NCBI RefSeq assembly: GCF_008831285.2
Contig: NC_045138.2
Location: 26,350,001 to 26,414,000, forward strand
Reading direction: 5' to 3'
Source of the DNA: Nymphaea colorata
Lineage: Eukaryota
Length of the DNA: 64,000 bases
Shown piece by piece: positions 63,201-64,000 of this stretch. Numbering within the stretch: the first letter of the stretch is position 1; each line of letters starts with the position of its first letter. The notes beneath the pieces were generated by a model, which did not search any database, was not told the origin of the DNA, and saw nothing but the letters and a program-made list of their open reading frames with translations. The translations under genes were made by a program, and so were the position numbers.

Positions 63201-64000
63201 AGCCTAGCATTTATTAAATGATTTAGAGGAGCTTATTTCAGAATCCATGTTCTTATGTGATAACCAAGTGCTATCCAAATTTAGCTCAATCTCATTCATG
63301 ACAGTCAAATAAAGCATGTTAAAATACATCGAATGATCAACACTTCCTCAGATTGAAAACTGAGGATAAGGTGAATCTCAAGTTCTCATCACAGAAAATC
63401 AGATGGCTGATTTATTTATGAACTTGACAAAACACAGGTTTTAGTCTTTGAAAGGCAAGTTATTCATGAATCATTCACAAGTCCATGCACAACTTAATGG
63501 AGGGTATTAAGGTGAGATGGGTCTAAACTCAGACGCGGATTTTTCTGTTTGTATATTTTTACATATTGCCTATATATGTGTAATATTGGAACATATTAGT
63601 ACATCATTCTTCATGTAATCTCTATTCAAATTTACCAAAGTGAGAGAAATAGGCAATGCCTCACATTGAGAATTGTGCCTTTAAGCTCCTTCATCTCTTT
63701 GGTCATCCTAATCTCTTATAGTTGGAGTCCTTTTGGTGTTTCTCCAAAAAAATATAATGGATCAATCAATTTCAAGTTAAATCTGCAGGTAAATGGTGGC
63801 AATGGTTTATGAATTCGTTCTGTTATTCTTTTCCAACCATATAAATTGCTAAACTTGCTGCCAGCACTTTCAAACAACAGCTGTCACTTGTGTTTGCAGA
63901 TATGAGGAAGGCCAGTGAGGAGGGCCTCATTGCATGAGTAATATTATAAGAACTTTTACTCTTGAATTTTTTAAGGTTCTGAAGACATCAATATTGGTTT

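Overview
Gene-dense flowering-plant nuclear DNA (GT-AG introns, abundant GA/CT and TA microsatellites, MITEs); the species cannot be determined from the sequence alone. I built ten complete protein-coding gene models whose exons sum to whole codons: RBD1-like plastid RRM protein, RUG3-like RCC1 protein, PINOID2-like kinase, DUF1644 protein, OCP3-like homeodomain protein, CCCH zinc-finger protein, NB-ARC/armadillo protein, F-box protein, a small uncharacterised membrane protein and a 13-exon mitochondrial NADH-cytochrome b5 reductase. The first exon of an LLPH-like gene lies at the left edge and the probable 5' end of an unidentified gene at the right edge. Introns and intergenic DNA hold several non-autonomous DNA transposons; three have 8-bp target-site duplications (hAT type), and one of these has a duplicated left end. 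The most unusual gene is the atypical NLR-like protein (helical N-terminus, NB-ARC, ARM-like repeats, no LRR), which matches the architecture reported for rice RLS1. I found no tRNA, rRNA, CRISPR or autonomous transposon, and nothing I can call a wholly new system. Gene names come from recalled sequence similarity, not from a database search.
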